A stretch of 64,000 nucleotides of DNA from an uncultured bacterium (GTDB taxonomy: Bacteria > Zhuqueibacterota > QNDG01 > DSAB01), in contig CAZTZL010000003.1 of assembly GCA_964617625.1 (NCBI GenBank), positions 10,130 through 74,129 on the forward strand, written 5' to 3'. The notes below the pieces were generated by a model. The model did not search any database. It saw only the letters and a program-made list of their open reading frames with translations, and was not told where the DNA came from. A program made the translations under genes and the position numbers. Positions 39,399 to 49,257 of the stretch are shown in pieces. Positions within the stretch are counted from its first letter, which is position 1. Each line of letters opens with the position of its first letter.

Positions 39399-42152
39399 TT
39401 AAAAAGTATATCCCATTGTAATTTTAACCGACCTGGGATTCAAATACATGGTCGGATTTTTAACCTGGTCATAATAATCGTTATAATCGCTGCGGAAGCG
39501 ACTCAGATCAGCTTCCGTCACAATTCTGGTGTAAGGCTGGCCAGTATCACCATACACCCAGGCGGCGTTGAGTTTGTCGAACAAATTGTAAACATTGAGT
39601 GTGAATTTGACTGAATGCCCGCCAAATAAGGGAACCATGTAAGAGGCTGTCAAGTCGAAGCTCAGGGATGTCGGTTTGGATGCGTTGTTTTCATAGAGAT
39701 TAATCCGATAGAGCGAGCTGTAATCGGGAGCATCATAGGTGTACGGTGTTCCCGAATTGATATATCCGGTCAGTGCCGCGTCCCAATTCTTTGCTGTATA
39801 GGAAACAGTAGCGTTTATCGTGTACCGCTGGTCCCATTCCAGGGGAATCAACCGAGTGATCGGATCCATGCTGTCGCCCGCACGCGTATATGTGTCTCTT
39901 GGATTGTCCGCATTGCCGCGTGTAAAAGAATATGTGAAATTCACAAAAGAGGAGAATCCACAATAAACGTAATCCCATGTCAACTCAATGCCACGGGCAT
40001 TGCCGTAATCCTTGTTAGTGAATAGGCCGTATTTAATTTGATTGTAAGTGGTTATGATTTTCGTGCTGAGAAGGTTGTAGATATCTTTATAATACAGTGA
40101 AACCTCCAGCCCCATGCCCGTCATGAGCTGCTGCCATAAACCGATTTCATATTGAACCGTTTTTTCCGCTTTGAGCTGGGAGTTGCCGATAGTGGTCCGA
40201 AAATTGAACGGGGATACGCGAAAAATGTTATCCTCAAACAAAGCGAACATCTGCGGCATTTGGAAAAAATGTCCGTAGCTGAATCGGAGTACGGCCTGGT
40301 CGCTCAACTTGTAGGACAAGCCCAATCGCGGGCTGAACTGCATTTGCGGATCATTTTTCAACATCGTGGACATCATGGAATCCGGAAGCGACAACTGGTT
40401 GGATGGATTTCGCCAGTTGGAGGGATAATGATAATTGGCGTTAAAATAATCGTATCGCAGGCCCAGTTTGATCACCATTTCATTGAATTCCATCTTGTCC
40501 TGAATGTAAGCCGATATCTCGTATGGTTTTACTTTATAAATATCAACCGTATTTTCCGTGATCGGGACGGTTTCAAGTATATAAAAAGGAAAATAGATTT
40601 TCCCTGTCTCGGGATCTATAACCATCTCGTTTTCAATCGGAAGTCCATCATACTGGTTCCGCACATCGACCCGCCACCTGTCTATAACATGAGAGGTATA
40701 CAGGAAGCCTGTTTTGAAACCATGTGTTTTATTTGCCTGCCAGTACAGGTCAAATTTGGCGTCTCCTCTCAGGAACGTGTCTTTTCTCTTTCCCGGATCC
40801 ACCATACCGCCTGTATAAAAACCGGTTTCAATGCTCCCCCGATAATTCGGACTTAGATATCGAGAATCCAGTGGATCCTTATATAAGTAGGATTCCTCCA
40901 CCCGATCGGTATATGAAAATTTCAGATCATAAAACAGGGCTTTCGAAATCATGTGGTTGATATCAAAAGAACCAAAATGAATGGTGCTAAAGTCCCATGG
41001 CAATCCGTCCGGATTGTATTTGTACTGAAAATCGCCCAGGCCATTATTGAACCGTTTGCTCTTATTACCGTTGAATGTGTAAAGCAAATTCACCTTGAAA
41101 TTGTTGGTGATTTTGCAAGTCAGCTTTCCCATGGCATTGTGGTAAAAATTCTTCTGCATGGCCACAAACTGGTTATTACCGGTGTGTTCGATGTGCCAGG
41201 ACGCTGGATCAAGCGATGGATAAACACTGTAATCCCAAGGATTAAACCGTCGGATACCGTTGATCGGTCCTCGGTTGTTTTGGTACCGATAGTTGGCAAA
41301 AACGGTCAACCAATTTTTAAAAATAGGACCGTCGAGCTGAACTTTATAATCCTGGCTCAAATTTCGTTCCAGGTAATCGGATTTCCCAAGCCCGATGAAC
41401 ACATTGTTATGGGAAGTGAAATAATTGCTATACCCGCTCGAAAGAGACCATTGCCATACATTGCCCCCCTCTTTCGTTACTGCGTTAACCATACCGCTCA
41501 TGGCACGGCCGTATTCCGCGTCAAAAGTGCCCTTGATCACTTCCAGATCCTGAACAACTTCTTTTTCAACATACACGCTCTGTCTGGAATATTCACTGAA
41601 TGAGTTGACGACCGGCAATCCGTCAACCAGGTACGAAACCTCGCTAGTGCGGCCACCGCGGAAATGCCCCTGTACAACACCAGCCTGCATATTCACAACT
41701 TGATCAACCGACTCAACCGGAAGCTTGGATATTTGATCGGCTGACACGTTGCGGACTGAACTGGTTTGATCTTTTTTAAATGAAACCGCGCTCGCGGTCA
41801 CTACCACGGCTTCACCCTGAAGAACTGTTTTTTTCAGTTCAAATTTTAAATTAGTTGTAGAATTGACGCTGACGCGAACGTTTTCCATTTTGACAGGCGT
41901 GTAACCAATCATCCTCGCTTGGATATCGTAGGTGCCCGGTGGAATATTAATAATAAAATACTGCCCATTTGCATCCGCTGCAGTTCCGGACGACGTATGA
42001 AGCAACATTACATTCGCACCTATAAGAGGTTCGCCAGTGTCTTTATCAACAACCGTTCCAGCAATTTTCCCCGTTGTCTGTGCAAAGGACAACCCGAATC
42101 CTATAATTATGAACAGAAACAGAATAATAAATAACCAGTTCTTAACGTGCAT
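39399..42152 (-). CDS. TonB-dependent outer-membrane receptor with N-terminal carboxypeptidase-regulatory-like domain
   Basis: 917 aa. Signal peptide. GKIAGTVVDKDTGEPLIGANVML...GTYDIQARMIGYTP is the CarbopepD_reg fold. A plug and 22-strand barrel region follow. C-terminal ...KITMGYTF. No SusD-like gene follows. Confidence 0.8.
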   Translation of the reverse strand: MHVKNWLFIILFLFIIIGFGLSFAQTTGKIAGTVVDKDTGEPLIGANVMLLHTSSGTAADANGQYFIINIPPGTYDIQARMIGYTPVKMENVRVSVNSTTNLKFELKKTVLQGEAVVVTASAVSFKKDQTSSVRNVSADQISKLPVESVDQVVNMQAGVVQGHFRGGRTSEVSYLVDGLPVVNSFSEYSRQSVYVEKEVVQDLEVIKGTFDAEYGRAMSGMVNAVTKEGGNVWQWSLSSGYSNYFTSHNNVFIGLGKSDYLERNLSQDYKVQLDGPIFKNWLTVFANYRYQNNRGPINGIRRFNPWDYSVYPSLDPASWHIEHTGNNQFVAMQKNFYHNAMGKLTCKITNNFKVNLLYTFNGNKSKRFNNGLGDFQYKYNPDGLPWDFSTIHFGSFDINHMISKALFYDLKFSYTDRVEESYLYKDPLDSRYLSPNYRGSIETGFYTGGMVDPGKRKDTFLRGDAKFDLYWQANKTHGFKTGFLYTSHVIDRWRVDVRNQYDGLPIENEMVIDPETGKIYFPFYILETVPITENTVDIYKVKPYEISAYIQDKMEFNEMVIKLGLRYDYFNANYHYPSNWRNPSNQLSLPDSMMSTMLKNDPQMQFSPRLGLSYKLSDQAVLRFSYGHFFQMPQMFALFEDNIFRVSPFNFRTTIGNSQLKAEKTVQYEIGLWQQLMTGMGLEVSLYYKDIYNLLSTKIITTYNQIKYGLFTNKDYGNARGIELTWDYVYCGFSSFVNFTYSFTRGNADNPRDTYTRAGDSMDPITRLIPLEWDQRYTINATVSYTAKNWDAALTGYINSGTPYTYDAPDYSSLYRINLYENNASKPTSLSFDLTASYMVPLFGGHSVKFTLNVYNLFDKLNAAWVYGDTGQPYTRIVTEADLSRFRSDYNDYYDQVKNPTMYLNPRSVKITMGYTF

Positions 42153-42189
42153 AAAAACCTCCCTTCAGGAATGCCAATACATCGATGCT

Positions 42190-42215
42190 TAATAACTTAC
42201 TCGAGTAAGTTATTA
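42190..42215. promoter_or_regulatory. 26-bp perfect palindrome TAATAACTTACTCGAGTAAGTTATTA; candidate LacI-family operator upstream of the TonB receptor gene
   Basis: Read directly from the sequence. Exact dyad symmetry with a central CG, as in LacI/GalR-type operators. It lies about 40 bp upstream of the TonB receptor start codon and immediately downstream of the LacI gene. Confidence 0.5.
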
Positions 42216-42234
42216 CTTAAAAATACCTACTCTA

Positions 42235-43263
42235 CTAATTTATCGCAACATGTTCGGGTATTCGAATCGATTCTCCGATTTCGATTTCAGCTGGAATAAA
42301 TATTTTTTGTTCGTGCATATCCTCCCCCTTGATCCGTTGAAGCATTATTTCCATAGCTTTTTTACCGAGATTATACGGATTCACATTGATAATTGTCATT
42401 GAAGGTGTAATAATCTTGGCAAATTCATGGTGTCCAAATGCAACCACACCGATCTTTTCTGGAAATAAAATGCCTAATTCCTTCATGGCGTCATAAGCAC
42501 CCAGCGCATTTTGATCGTTTGCCGAGAAAACAACTTCAGGCATTGAATCAGTCTGATAGAGCTTCATGAAACAACGATAGCCATCCGTTCGTGTGAATCC
42601 TCCTTCTATGATCCATTCTTCCCGAACGGGAATTTGATGTCTCTTTAAGGAATCAAGATATCCATCACGCCGGTTTCGTCCGATATCTGTCAGAAGGCTT
42701 CCTCCCAAATGAGCAATACGTTGATACCCGCAGCGCACGACAAAATCGATCAATCTTCGTGCGGCGCCCCTGTCATCAATGCCAACCGAACTGAATCCTG
42801 AATAATCCACAGCGCGGTCAAAGAAAACCAGAGGTATATTTGAACGCTTGATTTTATCAAATATCTGGGTGTCCTTCGTTTCCCTTGAAACAGCCAGTAG
42901 AATCCCATCTACCCTCATGGACAACAATGTTAAAATATTATCTTTCTCGGTATCGGCTTTTTCTCTTGAAACCGTAAGAATAATATGATACCCCGACAGC
43001 CTGGCGATATCCATGATGCCATCGATCACAAATGAGAAAAATGAGTTTGATACATCCGGGACGATAACGCCGATTGTTTTTGTTTCTTGGAAATGCAGTC
43101 TTCTTGCGTGATAATGGGGGATATAATTCATTTCTTCGGCCATATCCCACACACGCTTTTTCATCTCTACGGAAATATCATCCGCATCCTTCAGTGCCTT
43201 CGAAACCGTGGCTCGACTAACGTTTAATTTTTTTGCAATGGCGGATTGATTGATAATTGACAT
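42235..43263 (-). CDS. LacI-family transcriptional regulator
   Basis: 342 aa. N-terminal HTH IAKKLNVSRATVSKAL. Periplasmic-binding-protein-like sugar-binding core. Confidence 0.85.
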   Translation of the reverse strand: MSIINQSAIAKKLNVSRATVSKALKDADDISVEMKKRVWDMAEEMNYIPHYHARRLHFQETKTIGVIVPDVSNSFFSFVIDGIMDIARLSGYHIILTVSREKADTEKDNILTLLSMRVDGILLAVSRETKDTQIFDKIKRSNIPLVFFDRAVDYSGFSSVGIDDRGAARRLIDFVVRCGYQRIAHLGGSLLTDIGRNRRDGYLDSLKRHQIPVREEWIIEGGFTRTDGYRCFMKLYQTDSMPEVVFSANDQNALGAYDAMKELGILFPEKIGVVAFGHHEFAKIITPSMTIINVNPYNLGKKAMEIMLQRIKGEDMHEQKIFIPAEIEIGESIRIPEHVAIN

Positions 43264-43283
43264 TTACTTACTCGTGTAAGTTA
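43264..43283. promoter_or_regulatory. degenerate copy of the operator-like palindrome (TTACTTACTCGTGTAAGTTA) abutting the LacI start codon
   Basis: Same ACTTACTCG / -GTAAGT half-sites with 2 mismatches. Consistent with autoregulation. Confidence 0.4.
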
Positions 43284-43514
43284 CAACGGCTCTATTGTAC
43301 AAAGTTATCGACAAAAAGTCAAGTTTTTTTGGAAAAAACAACATAAAAAATTTGCATGGATTGACTTATAAATAAATTGCGGGCTTATTGGTGACATCTC
43401 CTATTCCACATTGTCCACAATAAACGCTCCGCTCATGAAATGCGGAATTGCTGGCACAGGAAAACAATACTCGATCATGTCATATAATAAATCCCATAAA
43501 ACATAGGATTTTTT

Positions 43515-43811
43515 TATGTGGCGCCTCCCAGTGCGCGAAGCCGATCGAGGACCGATCAGTCATGATCGGTTCGAAGATCAATCGAACGACCAGTTCGATT
43601 CTGGCATTAAATACCAATGGTACAATAATAAAACCCGCAGTCTTAAAAATCCTACGGGCTTATTGGTGGCGCCTCCCAGTGCGCGAAGCCGATCGAGGAC
43701 CGATCAGTCATGATCGGTTCGAAGATCAATCGAACGACCAGTTCGATTCTGGCATTAAATACCAATGGTACAATAATAAAACCCGCAGTCTTAAAAATCC
43801 TACGGGCTTAT
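43515..43811. repeat. two tandem direct repeats (period about 148 bp), each beginning with a copy of the 3' acceptor/T-arm end of the adjacent tRNA-Phe; a further degenerate junction copy at about 43381-43395
   Basis: The unit runs from tggtggcgcctcccag through gcgcgaagccgatcgaggaccgatcagtcatgatcggttcgaagatcaatcgaacgaccagttcgattctggcattaaataccaatggtacaataataaaacccgcagtcttaaaaatcctacgggc. It repeats at 43515 and 43661, then continues into the intact tRNA at 43811. gggcttattggtg recurs at 43383. Confidence 0.8.
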
Positions 43812-43887
<76 letters not shown>

Positions 43888-44074
43888 AGCCATTCAAAGG
43901 TTTTAATATAACAACTTTCTCAATATCAGTCAAGAAAAATGTGAGGCAAAATCCGGCTAATTAAACATACATTATCAGCTTAGTTCGAACACTTTAAAAA
44001 AAGGCTTTACTTTCTCACTGAAATTTAATATAATTTCAATTAATATTCTGCAACCTAAAGATGATATAAAGTCC

Positions 44075-45100
44075 ATGATCCGATTCTGCATGGTTTCAGC
44101 CATTCTCTTTCTGCACCCGTTAATGAGTTCATCTCAGGAGGATTTGAATTTTATAAAAGATGACTCCATTCATTCGGCTGGTTCGAACGATACAACAGAT
44201 TGGCTTTTTACCGCGCCGGAAACCGGACAAATAAATCTTCTTTCTATGATGAGCGACATCATCAAAAATAATTGGAGTTCTTTTTTTCCGATGGGTGCCG
44301 CGTCATTCGCAGATTCTGTCATCTTATACGATCCTGGTGCGCCCGGCGAAATACCGGGGAACGACCCGGACCCGAAATATCAAAAAGCCGCATCATCGCT
44401 CGGTGTTCCGAATTACGACGCTTCACAGGACACAGGTTCTGTGTCTCTCGGAAGAGGCGGTTGCATTGTCCTGAAATTTTCGGACAACATTCTGATAAAC
44501 GGAACCGGACCGGATCTTATTGTGTTCCTGAGCGATTCGAATTCGGAAGAGGTCCATGTTTTGGTCAGCCAGGACGGGGAAGTGTACCGTTCCATCGGAA
44601 TTGTTTCGAAGGAATACCCGTTTGCAGACATCTCTCCGCGCGGCGAATCGGGATCAAGGTATTCCTACATCAAACTGAGGGACAATCCGGATGGGGATAA
44701 AAACACGCTAAAACTCGGAGCGGACATCGACGCGGTCGGTGCCATCAACACGGCACTGTTTTTTACCATTCCGGCGGACAGTCTTTTTATAAACAATAGC
44801 AACCAGTTCCGTTCTTCGGCAAAAAATTATCTTTCGTCTATTGCCGGCCGAATACGGGAATTCCCGGGTGCGGCTGTTTTAATCGAAGCCCATACGGATG
44901 ATCGGGGTACCAAAGAATACAATTCAATAATATCCCAGCAGTGGAGCGGACTAATTCGAGATTATTTCTTAGATGAGGAACATCTTGAAAATGTTCAATT
45001 CCATCCAATCGGTTTCGGCGAATCCAGACCGCTCATCTCGAACGCGTCCGTGGAAGGACAGTGGAAAAACAGGCGAGTCGAAATTTTAATCATCCGTTGA
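44075..45100 (+). CDS. OmpA-family (peptidoglycan-associated) outer-membrane protein with N-terminal unknown domain
   Basis: 341 aa. Signal peptide. C-terminal OmpA-like module (...AHTDDRGTKEYNSIISQQWSGLIRDYF...NRRVEILI). Confidence 0.6.
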   Translation: MIRFCMVSAILFLHPLMSSSQEDLNFIKDDSIHSAGSNDTTDWLFTAPETGQINLLSMMSDIIKNNWSSFFPMGAASFADSVILYDPGAPGEIPGNDPDPKYQKAASSLGVPNYDASQDTGSVSLGRGGCIVLKFSDNILINGTGPDLIVFLSDSNSEEVHVLVSQDGEVYRSIGIVSKEYPFADISPRGESGSRYSYIKLRDNPDGDKNTLKLGADIDAVGAINTALFFTIPADSLFINNSNQFRSSAKNYLSSIAGRIREFPGAAVLIEAHTDDRGTKEYNSIISQQWSGLIRDYFLDEEHLENVQFHPIGFGESRPLISNASVEGQWKNRRVEILIIR

Positions 45101-45121
45101 ACAGATTCAGGAACAAAAATC

Positions 45122-46225
45122 ATGAAAAATCCTTTACCCGATGAATTGTACCATTTTAGAGTCAACCCTCGAAAACCGGATTTGAGGGGCGATTATTTCA
45201 GGGATCAGACCGCAATTATCCACGCCTCCCCATTCAGGCGCCTCAAACATAAAACCCAGGTTTTTTTCTCGCCCAAAAACGATCACATCTGCACGCGCAT
45301 CGAACACGTACTTCATGTTTCCACCATTGCCACAACCATCTGCAAGGGGCTTGGGCTGGATGTCGAACTGGCGCAGGCCATCGCTCTGGGACACGATCTG
45401 GGACACGCGCCATTCGGACATATCGGCGAAAAAGTGCTGAACAATCTATCTAAAAAGTTCGGGGGATTTATCCACGAAGTGCACAGCCTGCGCGTTGTGG
45501 ATAAAATTACCCGTCACGGAGAAGGATTGAATCTTACCTACGCGGTAAGGGATGGTATTGTTTCCCACTGCGGTGAAAAATTTCAAAAGTCGATTGTCCC
45601 CTTTCGGAAAGCCAAGGATCTGGAAAAGATCCGGGGCCGGCAAAGTTCCCCGTGCACGTATGAAGGCTGTGTGGTGCGGCTGGCTGATAAAATCGCTTAT
45701 CTGGGCCGGGATATCGAAGACGCCATTACTATCGGCTTGATCACGGGAAAAGATGTTCCGCTAAACCTGAAGAAAAATCTGGGTTCCACAAACGGAGAAA
45801 TTATCGACACGCTGGTTCTGGATGTGGTCAAGCATTCCGCCGGAAAAGACAGGATTGCCCTGTCCGACAACAAATTCGATCTGATCTGTCAGCTTAGGGA
45901 TTTTAACTACAAGAGCATTTACAACCATCCCATAATTCTTAAAAGCGACAAAGCGATTTCCAGTTTGCTCTCGCATCTTTTTCAGCACCTTTATAATGAA
46001 TATAAAACCAACGGTGACGATTTGAACGCATATGAAAAATCGTCATTTTTAGTCGACCGCTATTTCGGACAGTTTCATTTAAAACGGGCGGAACTGTACC
46101 GATCCGAACGTTTCCCGGAACGATGCATCGTCGATTTCGTGGCCGGGATGACAGACTCGTTCGCTCTCGAATCCGCTCGGGAAATCCTTTTCCCGCAGAC
46201 AGTGGATTACCATACGTTTCCTTAA
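45122..46225 (+). CDS. dGTP triphosphohydrolase-like HD-domain phosphohydrolase
   Basis: 367 aa. FRRLKHKTQVF...RIEHVLHVSTIA...ALGHDLGHAPFGH is the dGTPase-family HD motif set. Confidence 0.75.
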   Translation: MKNPLPDELYHFRVNPRKPDLRGDYFRDQTAIIHASPFRRLKHKTQVFFSPKNDHICTRIEHVLHVSTIATTICKGLGLDVELAQAIALGHDLGHAPFGHIGEKVLNNLSKKFGGFIHEVHSLRVVDKITRHGEGLNLTYAVRDGIVSHCGEKFQKSIVPFRKAKDLEKIRGRQSSPCTYEGCVVRLADKIAYLGRDIEDAITIGLITGKDVPLNLKKNLGSTNGEIIDTLVLDVVKHSAGKDRIALSDNKFDLICQLRDFNYKSIYNHPIILKSDKAISSLLSHLFQHLYNEYKTNGDDLNAYEKSSFLVDRYFGQFHLKRAELYRSERFPERCIVDFVAGMTDSFALESAREILFPQTVDYHTFP

Positions 46226-46308
46226 AAGAATGATGCGAATCGGGATGAATTCTACAAACCAACCCCGAACAACTAAATTAAATTCATAAAATCCGATCCG
46301 ATTATTTC

Positions 46309-46337
46309 TTGACACAGGTTTGAAAAATAATTACATT
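46309..46337 (+). promoter_or_regulatory. possible sigma70-like promoter (TTGACA, 17 nt spacer, TACATT) upstream of the lipid kinase-plsC-glmU-like genes
   Basis: Hexamers read directly. The organism may instead use a Bacteroidetes-type -33/-7 promoter, so this is weak. Confidence 0.25.
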
Positions 46338-46377
46338 GAATCCGTCATAATCCCTACATCCGAGGATCAATCAATCA

Positions 46378-47268
46378 ATGAAAATTCTGCTCATTTACAA
46401 TCCGCAGGCGGCACACAGGCGCGCATTGAAAATACTGCCGGAAGTGGAAACCAAATTTTCTCAGAACCGGGTCGAATTCGATTTGCGGCTGACAGACTAT
46501 CCGGAACACGCAACTGAAATCGTAAAGGATACCAGGCTTGATCAATATGACGGCATTGTGGCCGCGGGCGGTGACGGCACGCTCTTCGAAGTCATCAACG
46601 GCTATTATAGAAACAAATCGAAGAAGAAGATTCCTCTCGGTGTACTCCCCGTCGGCACGGGCAACGCGTTTGCCCGCGATCTCAATCTCGATCAGAGCCA
46701 GTGGAAGAAGGCCATCGATGTGATTTCTATGAACAAACCCCGAAGAGTGGACGTTGGGAAATTCACGACGCACGGCCAGGATTACTATTTTCTCAATATT
46801 ATAGGGATGGGATTCGTTGCCGATGTCACTGAAACGGCTCACAAGATCAAACTGCTTGGCAATATCGCCTACACGTATGGTGTCTTCTGGCAAATGATTT
46901 TTCTGAAAACCCATCAATTAACAATGGAAATTGACGGGAAAACCATCGAACGGGAAAATATTTTTGTGGAAATTTCGAACACCCGGTACACTTCGAATTT
47001 TCTGATGGCCCCCGATGCAAAAATCGATGATGGATTTCTCGATGTCACATTACTGGGGAAAATGACGCGGAGAAGGATGCTTCAGTGTTTTCCCAAAATA
47101 TTCACGGGAGAGCATGTCATGTTTCACGAAGTTGAAACCTTTAAAGCAAAGCGAATGCGTGTGGTAACCGGCATTCCCAAAGTCCTGACTCCGGACGGCG
47201 AACTGGTGGGCATTACACCGGTTGAAGTCGAATGTCTTCACCAGGCCATTGAGGTTTTCTGGCAATGA
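46378..47268 (+). CDS. YegS/BmrU-family lipid (diacylglycerol) kinase
   Basis: 296 aa. DAGK catalytic-domain motif GGDGT. Confidence 0.75.
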   Translation: MKILLIYNPQAAHRRALKILPEVETKFSQNRVEFDLRLTDYPEHATEIVKDTRLDQYDGIVAAGGDGTLFEVINGYYRNKSKKKIPLGVLPVGTGNAFARDLNLDQSQWKKAIDVISMNKPRRVDVGKFTTHGQDYYFLNIIGMGFVADVTETAHKIKLLGNIAYTYGVFWQMIFLKTHQLTMEIDGKTIERENIFVEISNTRYTSNFLMAPDAKIDDGFLDVTLLGKMTRRRMLQCFPKIFTGEHVMFHEVETFKAKRMRVVTGIPKVLTPDGELVGITPVEVECLHQAIEVFWQ

Positions 47269-47972
47269 AAGCGCTTTTCTCGATCTATCTCTGGACAGTG
47301 GGTTTGATTTATATCGGACTGCTTTGTACGATCATCACGCTTCTGACTTTTATCATTCCCCACCGGAAGTTGGACCCATTTTTAAAACTATTATTAAAGA
47401 TTATCTTCCATCTTCTTTTTATCAAAGTGAAGGTGGAAGGTATTGATAAAGTTCAACCGGACCGAACCTATCTCTTCATGTCCAATCATGCAAGTCTCTT
47501 TGATGTACCCCTTTTAGGTGGATACATTCCCAACCTGGTTCGCGGCATCGAAGCAGACCGCCAGTTCAAATGGCCGTTTTACGGATGGATGGTGCGCCGG
47601 TTGGAAAATATTCCCATTTCACGGGAAAGTATCCACGAATCAATTAAAAGCATCCGCAAAGCCGAAGAATACCTCCGAAACGGAATTTCCATGGTGATCC
47701 TTCCCGAAGGCCACCGGACAAAAGACGGTGAATTACTGCCCTTCAACAAACTTCCCTTTTTCCTGGCAAAACAGGCGGAAGTGGCTGTGGTTCCAATCGG
47801 GCTGTCCGGACTATTTTCATTAAAAGCTGTCAATTCTTGGATCATTCATCCCCGGACTATCAAAATCAAATTCGGGGATATAATTTCTGTGGAACAGGTG
47901 CAGTCGTATTCTGTGGTTGAATTAAGGGATCTGGTTAAGAAAAAAATAAAAGGCCTGATCGAATATCCATAA
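47265..47972 (+). CDS. plsC: 1-acyl-sn-glycerol-3-phosphate acyltransferase
   Basis: 235 aa. HxxxxD (NHASLFD) and PEG (ILPEGHRT) acyltransferase motifs. ATGA overlap with the upstream kinase. Confidence 0.8.
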   Translation: MKALFSIYLWTVGLIYIGLLCTIITLLTFIIPHRKLDPFLKLLLKIIFHLLFIKVKVEGIDKVQPDRTYLFMSNHASLFDVPLLGGYIPNLVRGIEADRQFKWPFYGWMVRRLENIPISRESIHESIKSIRKAEEYLRNGISMVILPEGHRTKDGELLPFNKLPFFLAKQAEVAVVPIGLSGLFSLKAVNSWIIHPRTIKIKFGDIISVEQVQSYSVVELRDLVKKKIKGLIEYP

Positions 47973-47996
47973 CCATTAAATCGAGTGAGGATCTGA

Positions 47997-49016
47997 ATGC
48001 CGCCATCATCCAAACCAGTAACCGCCGTTATTCTGGCAGCGGGCAAAGGCGTCCGCATGAAATCCCGGCTCCCCAAGGTTCTGCACAATCTGATGGGCAG
48101 ACCCATTGTCTCTTATGTGATCGAAGCGTGTCAAAAAGCCAAAGTAAACCGAATCATTTTAGTGGTGGGGCATCAGGCAGAGCTGGTGAAAAATACGCTC
48201 GGACCGGATTTTGAATACGTCGAACAGACCAGACAGCTCGGAACAGGCCACGCCTTGATGATGGCTGCAGAGAAACTGCCCGATTTAAAGGGGGACCTGC
48301 TTGTACTGGCCGGGGACACACCTTTTCTTACCGGACAGGTTTTGAAAAAACTGATTCAGCGCCATCAGAACACGCATGCTGCCGCAACACTAATGACAGC
48401 CGTCATGGACCCTCCTCCGGCTTACGGACGGATTGTCCGGGACGCTTCCGGCCACCTGATCCGCATCGTCGAGGAACGGGATGCAACTTCCGAGGAGAAA
48501 AAAATTACTGAGGTCAACACCTCCCATTACTGCTTTCAAGCTTCCAAAGTGCTTCCTCTGCTTTCAGGGCTCAATACACAAAACGATCAGGGAGAATATT
48601 ATCTAACCGACATTATCCAGATACTGGCGCAACAGGATGATAAAATAGAAACTGTCACTTCAAAAGATCCGAATGTTTTAATCGGCATCAACAGCCGTGC
48701 GCATTTGATCGAATGTCATCAATTGTACAGAAAACAAATCATCCGGAAATGGATTGAACAGGGAGTGTCTTTCGTCAATCCCGAAACGGTTTACATCGAA
48801 CCGGATGTCAAAATCGGCCAGGACACCACTATCCATCCTTCAACCACTCTCACAGGAAAAACAGTGATTGGAAAGGGATGTACCATCGGCCCGGAAGTCA
48901 AACTCACCGATGCCAAAATCGGCGAAAACTGCACCATCGAATTCTCCGTGATTGAAAACCGGACAATCGAAGCCAACGCCGTCATCGGCCCTTTTGCGTA
49001 CCTGACAGGGGAATAA
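47997..49016 (+). CDS. GlmU-like sugar-1-phosphate uridylyltransferase with short LbH tail; lacks the canonical GlmU acetyltransferase C-terminus
   Basis: 339 aa. VILAAGKGVRMKSRLPKVLH is the GlmU N-terminal nucleotidyltransferase motif. Hexapeptide repeats begin near residue 270. The protein ends at 339 aa, against about 450 for GlmU. Confidence 0.6.
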   Translation: MPPSSKPVTAVILAAGKGVRMKSRLPKVLHNLMGRPIVSYVIEACQKAKVNRIILVVGHQAELVKNTLGPDFEYVEQTRQLGTGHALMMAAEKLPDLKGDLLVLAGDTPFLTGQVLKKLIQRHQNTHAAATLMTAVMDPPPAYGRIVRDASGHLIRIVEERDATSEEKKITEVNTSHYCFQASKVLPLLSGLNTQNDQGEYYLTDIIQILAQQDDKIETVTSKDPNVLIGINSRAHLIECHQLYRKQIIRKWIEQGVSFVNPETVYIEPDVKIGQDTTIHPSTTLTGKTVIGKGCTIGPEVKLTDAKIGENCTIEFSVIENRTIEANAVIGPFAYLTGE

Positions 49017-49257
49017 ATACGTTCGATAAGAGATTCTTCAGTCGTCCCGAATTTCGCAAAGACCTTTTAATAATAAATGAGGCCGGGACTCCCTCAGAAT
49101 GACAGTTTTATTACTGCAATGGGGAAATATAGTATTTGCATTTTTAAATTGTTTTCTCGATAATAATATTCATCTATAATTATCCGAAAAATGAATATCC
49201 ATTCCATCCTGAGCGCAGTCGAAGGATGATAAAATAATAATCCAATAGGAAATCACA

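Noticed and set aside
40152-41603. Two plus-strand ORFs of 234 and 216 aa
   Set aside because: Antisense within the TonB-dependent receptor gene.
39399-42152. TonB receptor considered as SusC of a polysaccharide utilisation locus
   Set aside because: It has a SusC-like N-terminal carboxypeptidase-regulatory domain, but no SusD-like (TPR lipoprotein) gene follows. The next gene is the T9SS-CTD protein.
43515-43811. The repeat array considered as a CRISPR array
   Set aside because: The unit is about 148 bp with no short repeat/spacer alternation. Only 2-3 copies. The units contain tRNA 3'-end fragments. No cas genes are present.
46375-46917. 180-aa minus-strand ORF
   Set aside because: Antisense to the lipid kinase gene, which has a clear GGDGT motif.
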